Shown here one piece after another: positions 50,340 to 53,173 of a stretch of 53,173 nucleotides of DNA; within the stretch, counting starts at the first letter, position 1, and every line of letters starts with the position of its first letter. Under the pieces are notes generated by a model. The model did not search any database, had not been told where the DNA came from, and was given only the letters and a program-made list of their open reading frames with translations. The position numbers and the translations under genes are program-made. The stretch is from Ginglymostoma cirratum (lineage: Eukaryota), in contig JAHRHZ010000155.1 in NCBI GenBank assembly GCA_024137785.1, positions 677,992 to 731,164 of the forward strand, in the 5' to 3' direction.

Positions 50340-52350
50340 ACATCAGGTGCCATAGTGAAACCTGGATTGATAGATCATATCACATTCTGAAGTGGAGGGT
50401 GAACAGCTGGAGGTCATTATGCACATCGGTGGAAATGATGTAGGTAGACAAAGGGATGGGGTCCTGCAAAACGAACGCAGGTATTTAGATAAGAAGTTAA
50501 AAAGCAGGACCTCAAGGGTCGCGATCTCTGGATTACTCCCAGTGCCATGTGCCAGTGAGGATAGAAAGAGAAAGTTAGGCCAGATGAATACATGCCTGAG
50601 ATGGTGGTGTAGCAGGCAGGTTTTCATTTCTTGGATCATTGGGATCTCTTCGGGGTAGAAGTGACCTATACAAAAAGGATGGGTTGCACCTAAGCTGGAG
50701 GGGGTACAAGATCCTTGTGGAGAGATTTGCTAGTGTTACCCGGGAGGGCTTAAACTAGTTTGACGGGGGTGGGACTCTGAATAAGAGAGGGGCTGTGGAG
50801 AGTCAGGGGAAAATAAATTAGCCGTCAAGAGCAAGTTTAACGTTCAGGATAGCCAGCGGCACAGTAAAGGGAGGGAAAAGACTTCTGGTGCAAAGTACAT
50901 TTATTTCAACGCATGAGGCCTGACTGCTATGGCAGATGAGCTCAGAGCATGGGTTGCCTCTGACTGGGGACTGGGATATTATAACCATAATGGAAACATG
51001 GCTGAGAGAAGGGGAGGACTGGCAGCTCCATGTTCCAGGATACAGAAGCTACAAGCGTGACAGAAGTACAAGAAAACGAGGAGGGTGGAGTTGCCCTTTT
51101 GACAAGGGAGGACAAAACAACAGTGCTTAGAGAGAGGATATTCTGAAGGGGTCATCAAATGAGACCATATGGTTAGAATTTCGAAAGAAGGGGATGGCCA
51201 CTCTGTTGGTACGGTATTATAGACCACCAAATAGCCAGCAGGTACAAAAGATGTGTACGGAGATTGCAGACACCTGTCGGAATAACAGTAGTATCAGTTG
51301 GAGATGTTAATTTGCCCGGTATTGACTGAGCCACCTAGAGTGTAAAAGGCCTGGATAGGGTGGAATTTGTCAAATATGTCCAAGAAAGTTTCTTAAATCA
51401 ATACGTAGAGGGCCCTACTCAGGAGGGTGCAACACTGGTCAGGCAAGTGAGTGAAGTGTCAGTCGGAGAGCACTTTGGGTCCAGTGACCATAACTCTCTT
51501 AGTTTTAACATAGTTATGGAAAAAGATAGGACAGGTCCACAGGTTAAGGTGCTGAATGCGAGCAGGGCCAATCTTGGGACGATTAGGCAGGACCCTAGCC
51601 ACCGTTGATTGGGTGAGTCTGTTTGAAGGAAAAGGAACGAAAGGAAAATGGAAGGCTGGGAAAATGGAAGTGTGGTATCAAGAGCCCAGGGACAGCATGT
51701 CCCTGTTAGGGTGAAGGGAAAAGCTGGCTGATGAGGGACATTGAGGCTCTGATCTGGAAAAAGAAGGAGGCGTACATTGGGTTTAAGTCATTGGTGAGGC
51801 CACACTTGGCATATTGGGTACAGTTTTGGTTACCCTATTATAGGAAAGACATAGTTAAACTGGAAAGGGTATAAAGATGACTTACGAGGATGTTGCCTGG
51901 ACTGGCAGGCCTGAGTTATAACGAGAGGTTGGATAGGATAGGACTTTATTCCTTGGAATGTAGGAGAATGAAGCATGACCTTATTGAGATGTATAAAATC
52001 ATGAGGGGCGTAGATAAGATGAATGCATATATTCTTTTCCCCAGGGATGGGGAATTGAAAACTAGAGGGCACAGGTTAAGGTGAGAGGGGAAAGATTTAA
52101 GGAGGACCTGAGGGGCAACCTTCACAACGAGAGTGGTGCGTATATGGAATGGGCAGCAAGAGAAGGTGGTTAAGGCAGATACAATTGCAACTTTAAGAAA
52201 CATTTGGATAGGTACATGGACAGGAAGGGTTCAGAGGATGTGGACCAAATGCAGGCAATTGGAACTAGCCGAGTGGGCACAATGGTCAACACGGACCAGT
52301 TTGGGCTGAAGGACTTGTTTCAATGTTGTATTACTCTATGACTCTATCTT
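50340..52350 (+). mobile_element. Decayed CR1 LINE with esterase-like ORF1, endonuclease and 3' end; RT core deleted near 51790
   Basis: VIMHIGGNDVG...VAISGLLP (SGNH-like ORF1), DIITIMETWL, GSSDHN (APE endonuclease), RRMKHDLIEMYKI, tail actctatgactctat. Confidence 0.85.
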
Positions 52351-53076
52351 AACATAGTACCTAAGCAAGGATGCAGATTGTCCTCAACAGAATAGAAGTT
52401 AATTTCACAAAGGAAGAAAAAAAATAAAAACCAAACGTTATGCTTCACTGGTGGTACCCTGAAAATTAAGCCTCATTATTCCTAGAATTGTCACAAAAGT
52501 TGAAGGTTTTATATGAGTAAGCAATATTTCCCAATGTACTGGTCTTTTAGGTTGACAGAGAGCACAGATCACATTTCTGAACTTAACGATGTCTATTTAT
52601 TACCAATCAAAAGATTCTAGCCACAGCTAAATAATCATTAACTGTTGACACATACCTCTACTGCTAAACCTTAAACTACTAAAAAAACCCAATACATACA
52701 TACATACAGACACACGTACAGACGGAGAAAAAAACAACTGGGGTCGTGGACGGTGGGAGGAATGGGAAAGCCTTTCAATGGTAGTTGAATTGTCTCTTCT
52801 CTATGGGATTCGCCGAGATATCACACCCCTATCTCAACTCTCCAAGCTTATGATTCCAGCTGAGGCTGTTACTGGAAATGAGATCTCAGACTGAAACTTG
52901 GCTTGACAAATAACATTTTGCTTTCTTTTGTTTTTAAGAAGGTAGTCTCACTAAAACACAAGCACATAATGTTTATTACACAGATGAAGTGAAGATAAAA
53001 TGGAATGAAGTAAACTATTTGTACGTAGCATGTGTTTACAGATTCTGAAAACAAATATGGTTAAAGCATGAGATAA

Positions 53077-53168
53077 CAAGCATGGGGCTGGATGAACACA
53101 GCAGGTCAAGCAGCATCATAGGAGCAGGAAAACTTGACGTTTCGGGCCTAAACCCTTCATCAGAAAAT
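53077..53168 (-). mobile_element. Penelope-like terminal repeat fragment with hammerhead-like motif
   Basis: Reverse complement of positions 1-82; minus strand reads CTGATGA-AGGGTTTAGGCCC-GAAACGTC. Confidence 0.65.
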
Positions 53169-53173
53169 TTTAT

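Overview
Vertebrate genomic DNA, almost certainly from a cartilaginous fish (inferred from the shark-type HE1/V-SINE, CR1 LINE and Penelope repeat content). The window holds one apparently complete multi-exon + strand gene for a sialic-acid-binding Ig-like lectin (Siglec), assembled here by hand from splice sites and reading phase. Exons: signal peptide (7733-7772), V-set domain with the essential Arg (13026-13391), Siglec-type C2 domain 2 (15879-16172), five near-identical 282-nt C2 exons from tandem duplication of exon plus intron (16494, 18827, 23785, 28724, 33335), a CD22-like C2 exon (34742-35017), a MAG-D5/Siglec-5-like membrane-proximal exon (35676-35969), a transmembrane exon (40934-41030) and cytoplasmic exons (41342-41423, 43116-~43391). 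The product is about 1040 aa with 9 Ig domains. The C-terminal ITIM-like and ITSM-like motifs (LLYTNI, TEYAEI) are one base out of frame with the spliced upstream exons, and a second phase-compatible terminal exon candidate lies at 44990-45238. The rest is decayed retroelements: CR1 LINEs, tRNA-derived SINEs, Penelope-like elements with hammerhead-ribozyme-like motifs (including a head-to-head inverted pair) and a Gmr1-like LTR remnant. Repeat boundaries are approximate.
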